The notes beneath the pieces were generated by a model. It searched no databases, had not been told where the DNA came from, and worked only from the letters and a program-made list of their open reading frames with translations. Both the position numbers and the translations under genes were made by a program. 32,000 nucleotides of DNA, taken from contig NZ_SNUY01000009.1 in NCBI RefSeq assembly GCF_004376175.1, forward strand, positions 1 to 32,000, given 5' to 3'. The DNA comes from Halalkalibacterium halodurans (lineage in GTDB: Bacteria; Bacillota; Bacilli; Bacillales; Bacillaceae_D). This document shows positions 8,657-19,129 of this stretch, piece after piece (within the stretch, counting starts at the first letter, position 1; each line of letters begins with the position of its first letter).

Positions 8657-10592
8657 TCACCTCATTCTTCAAAACTTGAAGAAAAATTTGAAGAACTATT
8701 ACCTGTACGTATTTGCCCTTATGTTTAGCGTCGCCCTTTACTTTGCGTTCGTCACCTTGCAATATGACCCAGCGATGGATGACGTTCAGGAAGGCATTAA
8801 AGGGGCTGCCGCCATGAAAGCCGCATCCGTACTACTTGTCGTGATCGTGACCACGTTCTTGCTTTATGCAAACAACATTTTTATTAAGCGTCGTAGCAAG
8901 GAAATCGGCTTGTTTCAAATGATCGGCATGACGAAAGGGAAAGTATTTCGGATTTTAAGCGTAGAAAACTTGATCCTTTATTTTGCCTCACTGACAGGCG
9001 GGGTGTTTATCGGATTTGTCATCTCCAAATTTGTGACGATGATCCTGTTTAAGCTGACCGGATTGGACCGAATCGCAACCCTTTCTTTTTCGGTACCTGC
9101 ACTTGTTCAGACAGTGATTGTATTTACTTTGATCTATGGGCTCATCTTGCTCGCAAATTATCTTTTTGTAAAACAACAAACGATATTGTCCCTCTTTCAC
9201 GTCACTTCATCATCAGAGGATCGGGTGAAAAAAGTATCGCTCTTCGACATCATTATCGGTAGCCTCGGAATTGTGTCCATCCTTGTCGGCTACTTTGTAT
9301 CATCGAAATTGTTCGGGGGTACCTTTACCTCAATGGAGACACTCTTTATAGCAATGATCTTCATTCTCGGATCGGTCATTATTGGGACGTACTTTTTCTA
9401 TAAAGGCTCCGTTACGTTTCTTTTTAATTTGATCCGAAAAAAGAAAAACGGCCATTTAGCTGTGCGAGATGTCCTATCGTTATCGTCGATTATGTTTCGC
9501 ATGAAATCGAATGCACTCATACTGACGATCATTACAACCATCTCAGGACTCGCTATTGGCTTATTATCGCTAAGCTACATTTCTTATTATTCAGCGGAAA
9601 AAACGGCGGAACATTATGTCCCCTCTGACTTTACTTTAACGGATATGGAAGATGCGGCATATTTTAAGGAGGCACTAGATGCTCATGGCATCGCCTATAA
9701 CGAAACGGTGATCGATGTTCTTATAGCGGAAGTTTATGTTAAAGACATTTTGGAAGAGCCTCTAGACGGTGTTGATTTTGATTCAGATATTATGATCCTC
9801 CCCGTCATACGTGATACTGCGGTCGAAAGTGTGAACGTGGCGCCAGAAGAAGCCGCCTTTACCGGTTATAACGATATGATGCAACAATTTATGTCGTTAA
9901 AAGATTCCGGATTCATTGAACTAAGGGGAAAACAAAAGGTTATCCCGCAAAACTATATCGGGTTACACAGTGAATATCTCGTATCTACTTATTTCTCAAG
10001 TGGTGGCTTGCCTTTAGCTATTGTGAATGAAACGACGTTTTCCCAATTACAAGATGACATTGACCCTGAGATTCAGCTCAATTCGTCGGTTCATATCGGC
10101 ATTGATATTAAAGATGCAGGACAGCTAGAAGAAGCGATTACTCTATTTCATGAAACACCTTTTACGAGTGAAACACCTCAATATGCTCAATTTGAAATGA
10201 GCCAAAGTCAGAAGCAAATCTTTGGACTGGCCATGTTCATCGTTGGCTTTTTAGGACTCACCTTTCTTATCACGTCAGGATGCATCCTCTATTTTAAACA
10301 AATGGATGAAAGTGAAGAGGAAAAAGGGAGCTACACAATATTACGAAAGCTCGGCTTTACCCAAGGAGATTTGCTGAAAGGAATACGAGTAAAGCAAGTA
10401 TTTAACTTCGGAATCCCGCTTTTGCTCGGTCTCAGTCATAGCTATTTTGCAGTCAAATCAGGTTGGTTTTTCTTTGGCACCGAATTGTGGACACCGATGA
10501 TCATGGTCATGTTACTCTATACAGCTCTCTATTCCATCTTCGCCATTCTATCGGTTCTCTATTATAAGAAAGTGATTAAAGACGCCCTGTAA
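8646..10592 (+). CDS. FtsX-domain ABC permease, BceB-like (10 TM with large extracellular domain)
   Basis: ATG 8646 overlaps the ATPase 3' end. About 648 aa, with a large non-hydrophobic domain (about aa 320-520) between TM blocks. This is typical BceB architecture. Confidence 0.88.
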   Translation: MTINHLILQNLKKNLKNYYLYVFALMFSVALYFAFVTLQYDPAMDDVQEGIKGAAAMKAASVLLVVIVTTFLLYANNIFIKRRSKEIGLFQMIGMTKGKVFRILSVENLILYFASLTGGVFIGFVISKFVTMILFKLTGLDRIATLSFSVPALVQTVIVFTLIYGLILLANYLFVKQQTILSLFHVTSSSEDRVKKVSLFDIIIGSLGIVSILVGYFVSSKLFGGTFTSMETLFIAMIFILGSVIIGTYFFYKGSVTFLFNLIRKKKNGHLAVRDVLSLSSIMFRMKSNALILTIITTISGLAIGLLSLSYISYYSAEKTAEHYVPSDFTLTDMEDAAYFKEALDAHGIAYNETVIDVLIAEVYVKDILEEPLDGVDFDSDIMILPVIRDTAVESVNVAPEEAAFTGYNDMMQQFMSLKDSGFIELRGKQKVIPQNYIGLHSEYLVSTYFSSGGLPLAIVNETTFSQLQDDIDPEIQLNSSVHIGIDIKDAGQLEEAITLFHETPFTSETPQYAQFEMSQSQKQIFGLAMFIVGFLGLTFLITSGCILYFKQMDESEEEKGSYTILRKLGFTQGDLLKGIRVKQVFNFGIPLLLGLSHSYFAVKSGWFFFGTELWTPMIMVMLLYTALYSIFAILSVLYYKKVIKDAL

Positions 10593-10598
10593 TCAACG

Positions 10599-10637
10599 AA
10601 CCAAAGCTCCCTTCTCTCTGGGGCTTTGGTTTCTTTT
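10599..10637 (+). terminator. Rho-independent terminator after the permease gene
   Basis: AACCAAAGC (10599-10607) pairs with GCTTTGGTT (10623-10631). TCTTTT follows. Confidence 0.75.
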
Positions 10638-10994
10638 ACTAGACTTGAAATTTCTGAAATATCTTTTTTGCTATATGTGAAGTTATGTACAATATTCAAA
10701 CATAGTAAATTTCTTCAAAAATGAATGATTCAATTTTTAAACATTTTAACACCGTCGATATATAGATATAACAATATTATTAGTCCTCCATAGGCTATAA
10801 ATACTATCTATTTGAAGACACGAGCAACCCCATTAGCTTTTATTACTTGACCTCTTAAAATAAGATAGATTTTTCGCCATAATATTTAAGGTGAATATAT
10901 CCACAAACTACAAAAATATTCCGTTTTTCTCTGAAATTATTCATGATATGATAGTTTTGCACTCCATATGAACTAGGTAGAAAGGATTGATCAA

Positions 10995-12987
10995 GTGATT
11001 AGCAAGCTCTCATTTTTCAGAAAATCCATCAATTTGAAGTTTATTGTTTATTTTTTACTCGTTGGATTGATCCCTCTCATCATTATGTCCTACATGATGT
11101 ATCAATCGAGCGCAAACGAGATTGTCGCCAAAGAGCGTGAAGCAACGGAGAGCCAGACCGTTAGTACCGTTGACGGAATGGAACAATGGCTTGAAAAGCG
11201 TCTAGACGAAATTAAAATTGTCGCCAGCTCTGAAGCGCTTCAATCTGACCGATTAGAAAGCAAGCTACAATTAATGAATGTAATCAAAAACCAAGACGAT
11301 AGTTATGAAACTGTCGTTTTTACAAGGGCAGATGGAATTGTTCAAGCCCATACAAATGAGGAGCATATTGGCGTCCTTGATCTATCCGATCGGGAATATT
11401 TTCAAAATGGGATGGCCGGACAGGACACCATTTCTAGTGTCCTTATTTCAAATGCAACCGGGAATCGTTGCCACCCCTGTTCTCTCTTCTTCTGGAGAGA
11501 CACTAGGGGTTATGTCCGCATCGATCAATTTTGAGCAACTGATTGAGCAATATTTACATGGAGACCAATTTAACCAGCATGAAGTGATCTTTATCGATGA
11601 TCAAAATACCATCCAAGCTCATCCGAACGATGAACTCATCGGGATTACCGTGGAGGAGTCTGGAATTGAAAGTGATTTAGTCTCTTTATTTGCAACAGGA
11701 AAAGAAGAGTCCGGTACGTCCATCACTCGTGTGGATGGCGAGGAGATGGTGATTAGTTACGCGCCGATTGAAAAAGCAGGATACGGCATTTATCTCCTTA
11801 CTCCCCTTTCTTCCGTTTTAGCCGTAACAGACCATATTCAAATGATTACGATCATGATTATGGCTGTTTTTACTGTCATCATTGTTCTCTTTGCCATTTG
11901 GATTGCGAGAAGTATGAGCCGGCCCATTCGCCTCATTACAAGTCACGTCCAAACGATCGCCAGTGGAGACTTAACAAGTTCTGATTTACAGATTAAAAGA
12001 CAGGACGAAATCGGGATTTTGGCTCACAATGTGAATCAAATGGCTACCAATTTAAAGGAAGTGATTCATCAAGTAGGAGATAGTGCTGATCGCGTAGCCG
12101 CTTCTTCGCAACAGCTTTCGGCAAGCTCTGAGGAAGTAAGTCGTTCCAGTGAGCAAATTTCTGAATCAATCCAACAAGTAGCCAGTGGCTCAGAGAAACA
12201 ATCAAGCGGGGTAAATGAAAGCACTCTTTCCCTTGAAGAAGTCTCGTCCAGTGTTCAACAAATTGCTGAAGCGTCGGTACAAATTACTAAATCGGCCAAT
12301 TCAACGATTGAAAAAGCAAAAGAAGGCGGACAGTCGGTTGAAAACAACGTCGAAACGATGAACAAAATCCATGAGTCTGTCACCGATTCTGTTCAAATTA
12401 CGAAGATGCTCGCTGAACGCTCTAAAGAGATTAACAACATCTTAGATGTCATCACATCGATTGCTGAGCAAACGAACTTACTCGCTTTAAATGCAGCGAT
12501 TGAAGCGGCTCGCGCAGGTGAGCACGGAAAAGGCTTTGCCGTCGTGGCAGACGAAGTGAGAAAGCTAGCGGAAAGCTCTCAACATTCATCACAGCAAATT
12601 TCTGAAATTGTCGTAGAAATTCAGAAGGAGATGGATCGGACAAGTACGGCAATGAATGGGGTCATGGAAGAAGTGAAAGATGGCCTAACCGTTGCCAACG
12701 AGACGAAAACCCATTTCCAAGAAATTATTCAATCAACTAACCAAGTGGCGGAGCAAATTGAGTCAATGGCTGCTACTTCTGAGGAAATTTCCGCAGAGGT
12801 CGAGCAAGTTTCTGCTTCCTTCAATGAAATTGCCGTCATCGCGGAAAATACATCTGATAGCGCCCAAGATGTAGCTGCCGCATCTGAAGAACAGCTGGCA
12901 ACCATGGAAGAGGTAACCTCTTCTGCTCAATATTTAAGCCAAATGGCTACCGATTTGCGTGAACTCCTTAGCAAATTTAAAGTGTAA
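10995..12987 (+). pseudogene. Methyl-accepting chemotaxis protein (TM, dCache-like sensor, TM, HAMP, MCP signalling domain) split by a +1 frameshift
   Basis: ORF 10995-11534 carries the N-terminal TM and first half of the Cache-like domain. ORF 11305-12987, in the next frame, carries the rest: HAMP, methylation heptads, and the hairpin motif [36 protein letters not shown]. Deleting one G from the GGG run at 11460-11462 restores ...[22 protein letters not shown]... Confidence 0.8.
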
Positions 12988-12998
12988 CTAGTGATAAA

Positions 12999-13046
12999 GC
13001 AAGCCCCTCGACGTGCATTTTAGCACAACCGAAGGGGCTTTTTTGT
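12999..13046. terminator. Rho-independent terminator between the convergent MCP and manA genes
   Basis: AAGCCCCT (13001-13008) pairs with AGGGGCTT (13033-13040). TTTTTG follows. Confidence 0.8.
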
Positions 13047-13086
13047 TTAGACTTGCGTATATGGGCAACGACAGCTCTGCTGCCCT

Positions 13087-14034
13087 TTAAGGATGGGAAA
13101 CGATCAATTGACATTGGCCTTCAATGTTAAAATCATTAAACCCTACTGGGATTAGGAGGTGGACCCCTTTTTCAAAAGAGTATCTCTCCCCTTGATACGT
13201 AAGCCTACCTGTTCCTTCAATGATACTTACTAGTAAATAACGATCGTCACTAGAGAACGAAGCCTGTCCGTGAATGTCCCATTTATGGACGGAAAAGAAC
13301 TCCGTTTCTACAAACGTCGTCACAACGGCTTGGTCTTTTATCGTCACTTTTGGACAGACGTCTGGATCTTGATGGGGCACTGTCGTTACGTCAATCGCCT
13401 TCTCTAAATGAAGCTCCCGTAAATTTCCCGCTTCATCTCGGCGGTCGTAGTCATACACGCGATACGTCGTATCCGAGCTTTGCTGAGTTTCTAAGACGAG
13501 CGTTCCCTCGCATAGTGCGTGGATCGTCCCACTCGGCACATAGAAAAAATCTCCCGGCTTGATCTTTACCTTTCGCAATAAATCATCCCATGCCCCATCT
13601 TCAATACATTTCTCTAATTCTTCTCTCGTTTTTGCATGGTGACCTAATATCATCTCTGCATCTTTCTTACAATCAAGGATGTACCAGCATTCCGTCTTTC
13701 CTAATTCCCCATTTTCATGGCTGTTGGCATATGAGTCATCGGGGTGAACCTGCACGGATAAATCCATATTGGCGTCTAAAATTTTCGTTAATAACGGAAA
13801 CACGTCTGATGAAGGATTTCCAAATAGTTGCGGCTGTTCCTTCCAAAGCTCTGCTAATGATTTTCCAATAAATTCGCCATTAGCAACAATAGAGGAGCCG
13901 TTCGGATGAGCAGAAATGGCCCAGCACTCTCCCGTTTTATCGGATGGAATATTGTAGCCAAACTCCTGCTTAAGCAGAGTCCCTCCCCAAATACGCTCCT
14001 TAAACACAGGTGTTAAAAAAATCGGTTGCAACAT
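13087..14034 (-). CDS. manA: Class I mannose-6-phosphate isomerase (GmuF/ManA-like)
   Basis: GGGGGAG SD precedes ATG 14034. The product MLQPIFLTPVFKERIWGG...GECWAISAHPNG...QVHPDD...ECWYIL is the characteristic type-I PMI cupin motif set. 315 aa. Confidence 0.88.
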   Translation of the reverse strand: MLQPIFLTPVFKERIWGGTLLKQEFGYNIPSDKTGECWAISAHPNGSSIVANGEFIGKSLAELWKEQPQLFGNPSSDVFPLLTKILDANMDLSVQVHPDDSYANSHENGELGKTECWYILDCKKDAEMILGHHAKTREELEKCIEDGAWDDLLRKVKIKPGDFFYVPSGTIHALCEGTLVLETQQSSDTTYRVYDYDRRDEAGNLRELHLEKAIDVTTVPHQDPDVCPKVTIKDQAVVTTFVETEFFSVHKWDIHGQASFSSDDRYLLVSIIEGTGRLTYQGERYSFEKGVHLLIPVGFNDFNIEGQCQLIVSHP

Positions 14035-14392
14035 ACAGTCTCCCCCATTCGGTTCATGTTTTTTCTTCCTGTAATGTATGGTTTGCAAATAGTAACGTGC
14101 CTGTAATGCCCGTCGAACCCATCAGCTTGAGCTGACAATAGACGATAAAAACTCAGGTAACACACATTATCGTTTAACTTTTCTGACAAATGATTATACA
14201 CTATGGACCAAAGGGCAGATTCTATGGTGTCAAGTTCATACGCTAAGAATAACCGAATCATTTCGCCAACTGTTTCACGTGGAACAGTGGTAGGAATTTG
14301 AATTGCATCCGAAATTTATCCTTTCTCCACCCTATTTGCACTACAAATTTCGTCCACAAGCTTCAATTCTAGCTAACATGTCCACGCCTTCA

Positions 14393-15109
14393 CTAGGACC
14401 GTTTCATATTGATGGTCGTCACCTCAAATTTATCGTACCGATGACGAGAAAAGGAATATTCGAACGGCACACCATTATTTAAGAAACCTACATGTTCCAC
14501 TTCCAAAATCGGATCATCCGCTTCACAATGCAAATGTTCTATCTCTAACGCCTCTGCTTTACAGGCACGAATTTTCCGGTGAGATCCGGCTATCGTTAAC
14601 CCTAACGTGTCAATCAGATAAGAATAGATCGAGCCGTGCAACACCTCATCATTAATCCCTGGAATGAGTGGGGTCGGCATGTACGTTTTCTCTATCACAT
14701 AAGGCTCACCGTCGACGAGCCGTAAGCGGATAATATGATAGACTGGCGTTTTTTGGTCAATGGCTAAATGGGCTGCCACTTCTTCCGCTGGAAACTCCAC
14801 ATTAAATTGGATGACTTTACTCGTTACCTGTTTATCCTTTAACAAATTGGACAACCCTTTAACTTCATTGGTCAGTACATTGACACGGCTCGTATGGATG
14901 GCCGATTGAACAATAAACGTCCCATGCCCTCGCTTTCGATAAAGAAGCCCTTCCATAACCAAAATGTCCAGCGCTCTTTTCATCGTCATCCGGCTACAGC
15001 CAAACTCTTTTGAAAGGGAGATTTCATCTGGTATCGGTTGATCTACAGGATAGTCGTTTTCTTTTATTCTCTTTTTTATTTCCATTGAAATGGCCTCGTA
15101 CTTTTTCAT
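14393..15109 (-). CDS. GntR/HutC-family transcriptional regulator (GmuR-like)
   Basis: GGGGGA SD precedes ATG 15109. It has a winged HTH (LSKEFGCSRMTMKRALDILVMEGLLYRKRGHGTFI) plus a UTRA-like C-terminal domain. The track extension to 15250 overlaps the upstream gene and lacks an SD. Confidence 0.85.
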   Translation of the reverse strand: MKKYEAISMEIKKRIKENDYPVDQPIPDEISLSKEFGCSRMTMKRALDILVMEGLLYRKRGHGTFIVQSAIHTSRVNVLTNEVKGLSNLLKDKQVTSKVIQFNVEFPAEEVAAHLAIDQKTPVYHIIRLRLVDGEPYVIEKTYMPTPLIPGINDEVLHGSIYSYLIDTLGLTIAGSHRKIRACKAEALEIEHLHCEADDPILEVEHVGFLNNGVPFEYSFSRHRYDKFEVTTINMKRS

Positions 15110-15182
15110 CGCATCCCCCACCCACCTTTTGCAAAAGACTTTGATTGATCGGTAAAAAAAGATGGTCAGGGTCGACCATCTT

Positions 15183-16583
15183 TTAAAATCCATTATTCTC
15201 CGAAAGGGTCTTATACCATTTTCCGCTCTTTTTAATTGTCCGTTCACCATTCTTGTCTAAATTGACAGACACCAACCCATAGCGGTTTTTATAGGCATTC
15301 GCCCAGGACCAGTTATCCATAAACGTCCATAGGTGATACCCCTTAACGTTAGAGCCTTCCTGAATCGCCCGATGCACCCATTTTAAATGATCTTGGATGA
15401 ATTCGATTCGGTAGTCATCATGGATCACACCATTTTCATCACGAAACTTCTCTTCTCCTTCAACCCCCATTCCATTTTCGGAAATAAAGCATTCAATGTT
15501 TCCGTAATGTTCCTTCAGATTGATGAGAATATCATAAATTCCTTTTTCGTAGATTTCCCATCCACGGTGAACGTTCATTTTCCGACCAGGCATCGCGTAG
15601 TGATCAAAATAGCGCTCTGGCATAAAAGGTGCATCCGGATTTGGGAGGGCCTCTTTTGCCTTCACACGTCTCGGTTGATAATAATTCACACCTAAAAGAT
15701 CCACCGTATGTTGGCGAATAATCTCTAAGTCTTCTTCTTCTATAATAGGCATAAAGCCTTCTTCTTTCAAGATTTGAACGAGCTCTTCTGGGAACTCCCC
15801 TTTAACCGACGGGTCTAAAAAGGAGCGGTTAAAAAAAGCATCTGCGATCTTTGCTGCTTTTAAGTCCGCAGGGTGATTACTTCGCGGATAGGAAGGAGTC
15901 AAATTTAAAATGATCCCGATTTTGCCACCCTGATTCAATTGTTTGTAAGCCCTAATCGCTTTTGCACTTGATAACACCGTATGATAACCTACCTGAATCG
16001 CCTTTTGAAAGTCTACTTCGTTCGGGTAATGGAAGTCGTACAAGTATCCTCCCTCTACCGGAACGATCGGCTCGTTATGCGTAAACCATTTTTTTACGCG
16101 ATCCCCAAATCGTTCAAAGCATGTTTTCGCATAAGCTTCATATGCATCGACAACTTCGCGATTTGCCCAGCCGCCAATCTTTTGAAGTTCCATCGGCATG
16201 TCAAAATGAAAGAGGTTAACAAAAGGTTCAATCCCTTGACCTAGCAGTTCGTCAATGACATTGTTATAAAACTCTACTCCTTTAGGGTTCACTTCCCCTC
16301 GTCCATCGGGAATAAGCCTTGACCATGAGATGGAAAAACGAAATGAGTTGTGCCCGACCTCTTTCATTAATTGAATATCTTCTTTATACCGCTCGTAAAA
16401 TTGAGACGTGTCTTGTGGGCCGACACCTTGAAAAAAGCGACTCGGCTCAACTTCGTACCAATGATCCCAAATATTTTTTCCTTTCCCATCACGATGAGCC
16501 GCTCCTTCTGTTTGCGTTGCGGAGGTAGCAGACCCCCACCAAAACCCTTCTGGAAAGCGATAAGTAACAGTATCTTTTGTCAT
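15183..16583 (-). CDS. GH1 6-phospho-beta-glycosidase (GmuD/BglA-like)
   Basis: FPEGFWWGSATSATQTEG N-terminal signature, acid/base TFNEP-like motif (FTHNEP) and nucleophile motif ISENG. AAGGGGAG SD sits 9 nt before ATG 16583. Confidence 0.9.
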   Translation of the reverse strand: MTKDTVTYRFPEGFWWGSATSATQTEGAAHRDGKGKNIWDHWYEVEPSRFFQGVGPQDTSQFYERYKEDIQLMKEVGHNSFRFSISWSRLIPDGRGEVNPKGVEFYNNVIDELLGQGIEPFVNLFHFDMPMELQKIGGWANREVVDAYEAYAKTCFERFGDRVKKWFTHNEPIVPVEGGYLYDFHYPNEVDFQKAIQVGYHTVLSSAKAIRAYKQLNQGGKIGIILNLTPSYPRSNHPADLKAAKIADAFFNRSFLDPSVKGEFPEELVQILKEEGFMPIIEEEDLEIIRQHTVDLLGVNYYQPRRVKAKEALPNPDAPFMPERYFDHYAMPGRKMNVHRGWEIYEKGIYDILINLKEHYGNIECFISENGMGVEGEEKFRDENGVIHDDYRIEFIQDHLKWVHRAIQEGSNVKGYHLWTFMDNWSWANAYKNRYGLVSVNLDKNGERTIKKSGKWYKTLSENNGF

Positions 16584-16599
16584 ACAAGGCATCTCCCCT

Positions 16600-17892
16600 T
16601 TAAGCAGCGTTTTTTTCTTTTTGTTCTTTCTTTAGATTAAATCGGTCCATCGATTTTAAGAACGGATACCAAATCATAAACACAATCATTAGATTAACAA
16701 GTTGCAGTAGACCCCCCGCAATCGAATTGGTTGCCATAATCCCATTTATGAAAAACGGGACGGTCCAAGGAACAGCAACACCTGTCGGTGGAGGAACAAG
16801 CCCTGAGGCCATTGAAAAGTAAGTAACTAACGTCACGATCATGGGCGACAAAATCCACGGAACGATGATGAGCGGATTCATCACAATCGGGAGTCCGAAA
16901 ATAATTGGTTCGTTTACGTTAAATAATCCCGGTCCGATCCCAAGCTTTCCGACCTGCTTCAACTGCTGGCTTTTCATGAACAGAAGGATGGCAAACACAA
17001 CGGCTAGTGTCATCCCTGTTCCACCCATTCCAACCGTAAAAATCTCGATAAATGGCTTGGAAATTATATTCGGGACGGGTTCCCCGTTCGTATACGCTTC
17101 CAAATTTTCAATCATGAGTGTGTTCCAGATAGGGTCCATGACCGAGTTTATAATGACCTGGCCATGCAAGCCGAAAAACCAAAGAATCTGAATAAAGAAT
17201 ATGGCGATTAACGTCGGGATAATTCCGCTTCCGAGCCCTACTAACGGCGCTTGTACCGCTTGATAGATCACATCGTGCATGTTCGTATGGAACAGCTGGG
17301 AAACGAAAACATTAATCGCTAGAAAAACGGTTAAGGTCAATACAGCAGGGATCAACGCAGCAAAGGACTTCGCAACAGCTGGCGGAACCCCCGGAGGCAT
17401 TTTAATGGTAATGTTCCGTTGAACGATGCGCCGGTAAATTTCCGCCGAAAGAAAAGCGGTCATCATCGCAAGAAACATCCCCTTAGCTCCCAACCGATCT
17501 AACGGAATAACACCTTGAACCACTTCGCCAGCTTCCGTTTCCACCATAAAAGGAGTTAAAATGAAAAACGAGACAAGGGCGATGGCCCCACCGAAGATCG
17601 CTTCCACATTGTAACTCTTCGATAAATAATACCCGATTCCGAAAGCCACAAACACAGACATCATTCCCATCGTGGCAGAAGAAGCAATGCTAAAACTTTC
17701 TCGAAATGTAGCAAGAGCTCCTTCATTCATGAGCTGGTCAAGGAATGGTAAATTCGTTAAAACGACAAAAATAGAACCAAAAATCGTCAATGGGAATGCT
17801 AACATAAATGCGTCTCGCAACACGGTTAAATACCGATTGTTGTTCAATTTACCGGCGAGGGGTACCAAATAACGGCTTAGTTTTTCAAACAT
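16600..17892 (-). CDS. PTS lactose/cellobiose-family EIIC permease
   Basis: Polytopic protein. The N-terminus MFEKLSRYLVPLAGKLNNNRYLTVLRDAF is typical of LicC/GmuC/CelB EIIC. ATG 17892 is preferred over TTG 17913, which has no SD. Confidence 0.88.
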   Translation of the reverse strand: MFEKLSRYLVPLAGKLNNNRYLTVLRDAFMLAFPLTIFGSIFVVLTNLPFLDQLMNEGALATFRESFSIASSATMGMMSVFVAFGIGYYLSKSYNVEAIFGGAIALVSFFILTPFMVETEAGEVVQGVIPLDRLGAKGMFLAMMTAFLSAEIYRRIVQRNITIKMPPGVPPAVAKSFAALIPAVLTLTVFLAINVFVSQLFHTNMHDVIYQAVQAPLVGLGSGIIPTLIAIFFIQILWFFGLHGQVIINSVMDPIWNTLMIENLEAYTNGEPVPNIISKPFIEIFTVGMGGTGMTLAVVFAILLFMKSQQLKQVGKLGIGPGLFNVNEPIIFGLPIVMNPLIIVPWILSPMIVTLVTYFSMASGLVPPPTGVAVPWTVPFFINGIMATNSIAGGLLQLVNLMIVFMIWYPFLKSMDRFNLKKEQKEKNAA

Positions 17893-17917
17893 GGGACGTT
17901 CGCTCCAATTCAAATGA

Positions 17918-18247
17918 TTACTTTTTCATTTTGAAAATCTCTAACAACTCTTTCACTAAATCTTTCATTGTTAACGTAGACATTAGATGATCCTCTGCAT
18001 GCATGAGCAACAAGGACAGCTCCGTTTTTTCTCCAGTAGCCTCTTGTTGTACGAGCTTAAAGTGAATTTCGTGAGCTACATTCAAATCCTTTTCCGCCTC
18101 CACGAGAAGGTCGTTTGCTTCCGCTTCCTTCCCTTCACGATACTCCCGCAATGCTTGCAGTATTTTGCTTCTCCCGTTTCCGCTATGGAGAATAATCATA
18201 AACGGAATTTGATCACTCGATAATTGGTCAAAATCAATCGCTTCCAT
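17918..18247 (-). CDS. PTS lactose/cellobiose-family EIIA
   Basis: 109 aa three-helix-bundle type (IILHSGNGRS...AHEIHF...LLMHAEDHLM with phospho-His). GGAGG sits 6 nt upstream. The start overlaps the EIIB stop (TAATG). Confidence 0.88.
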   Translation of the reverse strand: MEAIDFDQLSSDQIPFMIILHSGNGRSKILQALREYREGKEAEANDLLVEAEKDLNVAHEIHFKLVQQEATGEKTELSLLLMHAEDHLMSTLTMKDLVKELLEIFKMKK

Positions 18248-18558
18248 TAACGTCCTCCTATGAGGGACAAGGCTTGCTCATATGCTTTTTTGCCATCTGC
18301 CATCCCGTATGCCATCATGTCAATGACATCCACTTGAATGCCATATTGCTCCGCTTCTTTTTGAAATTCCCCTTTTAAAAAGCTCATTTGTGGCCCGATC
18401 AGTACTACATCGGCGTTCGCCATTTCCCGCTTCGCCTGATCCTGTCCAACTGCCCAAATCTTAACCTCATCTCCGATGGATGCTGCGTACTCTTCCATTT
18501 TTGTCACTAAAAGACTTGTTGACATTCCCGAACTGCAAGCCAATAAAATCTTTTTCAT
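18247..18558 (-). CDS. PTS lactose/cellobiose-family EIIB
   Basis: MKKILLACSSGMSTSLLV carries the active-site Cys. AAAAAGGAG SD precedes ATG 18558. 103 aa. Confidence 0.88.
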   Translation of the reverse strand: MKKILLACSSGMSTSLLVTKMEEYAASIGDEVKIWAVGQDQAKREMANADVVLIGPQMSFLKGEFQKEAEQYGIQVDVIDMMAYGMADGKKAYEQALSLIGGR

Positions 18559-18578
18559 TACAATCAGCTCCTTTTTTA

Positions 18579-18593
18579 TGATAAGCGCTTTCA
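18579..18593 (-). promoter_or_regulatory. cre-like (CcpA) element in the PTS operon leader
   Basis: The minus strand reads TGAAAGCGCTTATCA, about 20 nt upstream of the EIIB start. The left arm and core match the cre consensus TGWAANCGNTNWCA. The right arm is offset by one inserted base. Confidence 0.4.
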
Positions 18594-18603
18594 CTCTCCT
18601 ATA

Positions 18604-18640
18604 ATTATAATCAATTAATTTTAAATGTCTATACTTTTAT
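18604..18640 (-). promoter_or_regulatory. Candidate sigma-A promoter of the PTS operon with overlapping HutC/GntR-type operator
   Basis: The minus strand reads TAGACA-N16-TATAAT. The -35 region lies inside AAGTATAGACATT, which contains GTATAGAC (+ strand 18627-18634). This matches the GT-N-TA-N-AC core of HutC-subfamily operators. Confidence 0.4.
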
Positions 18641-18844
18641 TTAATAATGTTTGTATCTTTTGCATCTTAACATCATGAGAATAGGAGTTGTTTGACGATA
18701 TAAAATGAACTAGTTTATCAATCGAAGAGACATCAGCTGATGCCCACTCCAAGGTTTTCAATTCATGTGGAGAACGCCATTTATTTCATCGTGCTCGGTA
18801 AGTCTCGGTGTTCCGCTAACTAATTTGCATAAAAAGGTTGTTAA

Positions 18845-18935
18845 ATGCCCCAGCGACCGCCAAAAGCCCAATAGACGTGAATCATGCTAACAATGAATAA
18901 TACGATGACAAACTATACGCGAAGAGAGCCATAAG
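18845..18935 (-). pseudogene. Degraded remnant of a DUF3995-like small membrane protein gene
   Basis: AGGAGA then ATG (18930) opens MALFAYSL..., which stops after 16 codons. The next frame reads VIVLFIVSMIHVYWAFGGRWGI*, containing the H-x-YWA-x-GG-x-WG motif I associate with DUF3995. Downstream frames are all interrupted. Confidence 0.3.
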
Positions 18936-19050
18936 CAAAAATCTCCTGCCAAAGTTGTCTTGTTAAACTTGAACCTTAATTTTATGTTGAGGCTCCTGGT
19001 GGTTTTACAGTAGAAGTAATGTGTTGATTTTAGAGTAAATACTCAAAATT

Positions 19051-19087
19051 AAACAAGCGGCCATTTTGAACAAAGTGGCCGCTTGTT
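19051..19087 (-). terminator. Strong 13-bp perfect hairpin (terminator-like) inside decayed sequence
   Basis: AAACAAGCGGCCA (19051-19063) pairs with TGGCCGCTTGTTT (19075-19087). On the minus strand TTAATTTTGAG follows. Confidence 0.55.
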
Positions 19088-19129
19088 TCCTGAACTTTAT
19101 TGAAAAGAAAGATACGGAGACAAAAGGAA

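Noticed and set aside
10738-10761. Possible sigma-D promoter (TAAA ... GTCGATAT) upstream of the chemoreceptor gene.
   Set aside because: The spacer is 12 nt rather than the roughly 15 nt of the sigma-D consensus, and the site is 235 nt from the start. A TGATATGAT extended -10 at 10944-10952 is an equally weak alternative. Neither is supported well enough to report.
11305-12987. Treating ORF 11305-12987 as an independent, N-terminally shorter chemoreceptor.
   Set aside because: Its first 50 or so codons are out-of-frame read-through of the sensor domain and have no SD. The true sensor half is in the preceding frame. A single-base correction yields one colinear protein.
14013-14261. 82-aa ORF in the gmuR-manA spacer. 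The open frame extends upstream as ISDAIQIPTTVPRETVGEMIRLFLAYELD...
   Set aside because: It has no SD, overlaps the manA start region and contains no recognisable motif. It is probably non-coding spacer or an unrecognisable remnant.
1921-18594. N-terminal extensions of track ORFs: tatC 1921, bioF 2860, kinase 6714, permease 8634, manA 14088, GntR 15250, GH1 16592, EIIC 17913, EIIB 18594. The same applies to prpC 22862, LysR 22955 and AKR 25742.
   Set aside because: Internal starts have properly spaced GGAGG-type SD sites and give N-termini matching the families. The extended versions overlap upstream genes or lack an SD.
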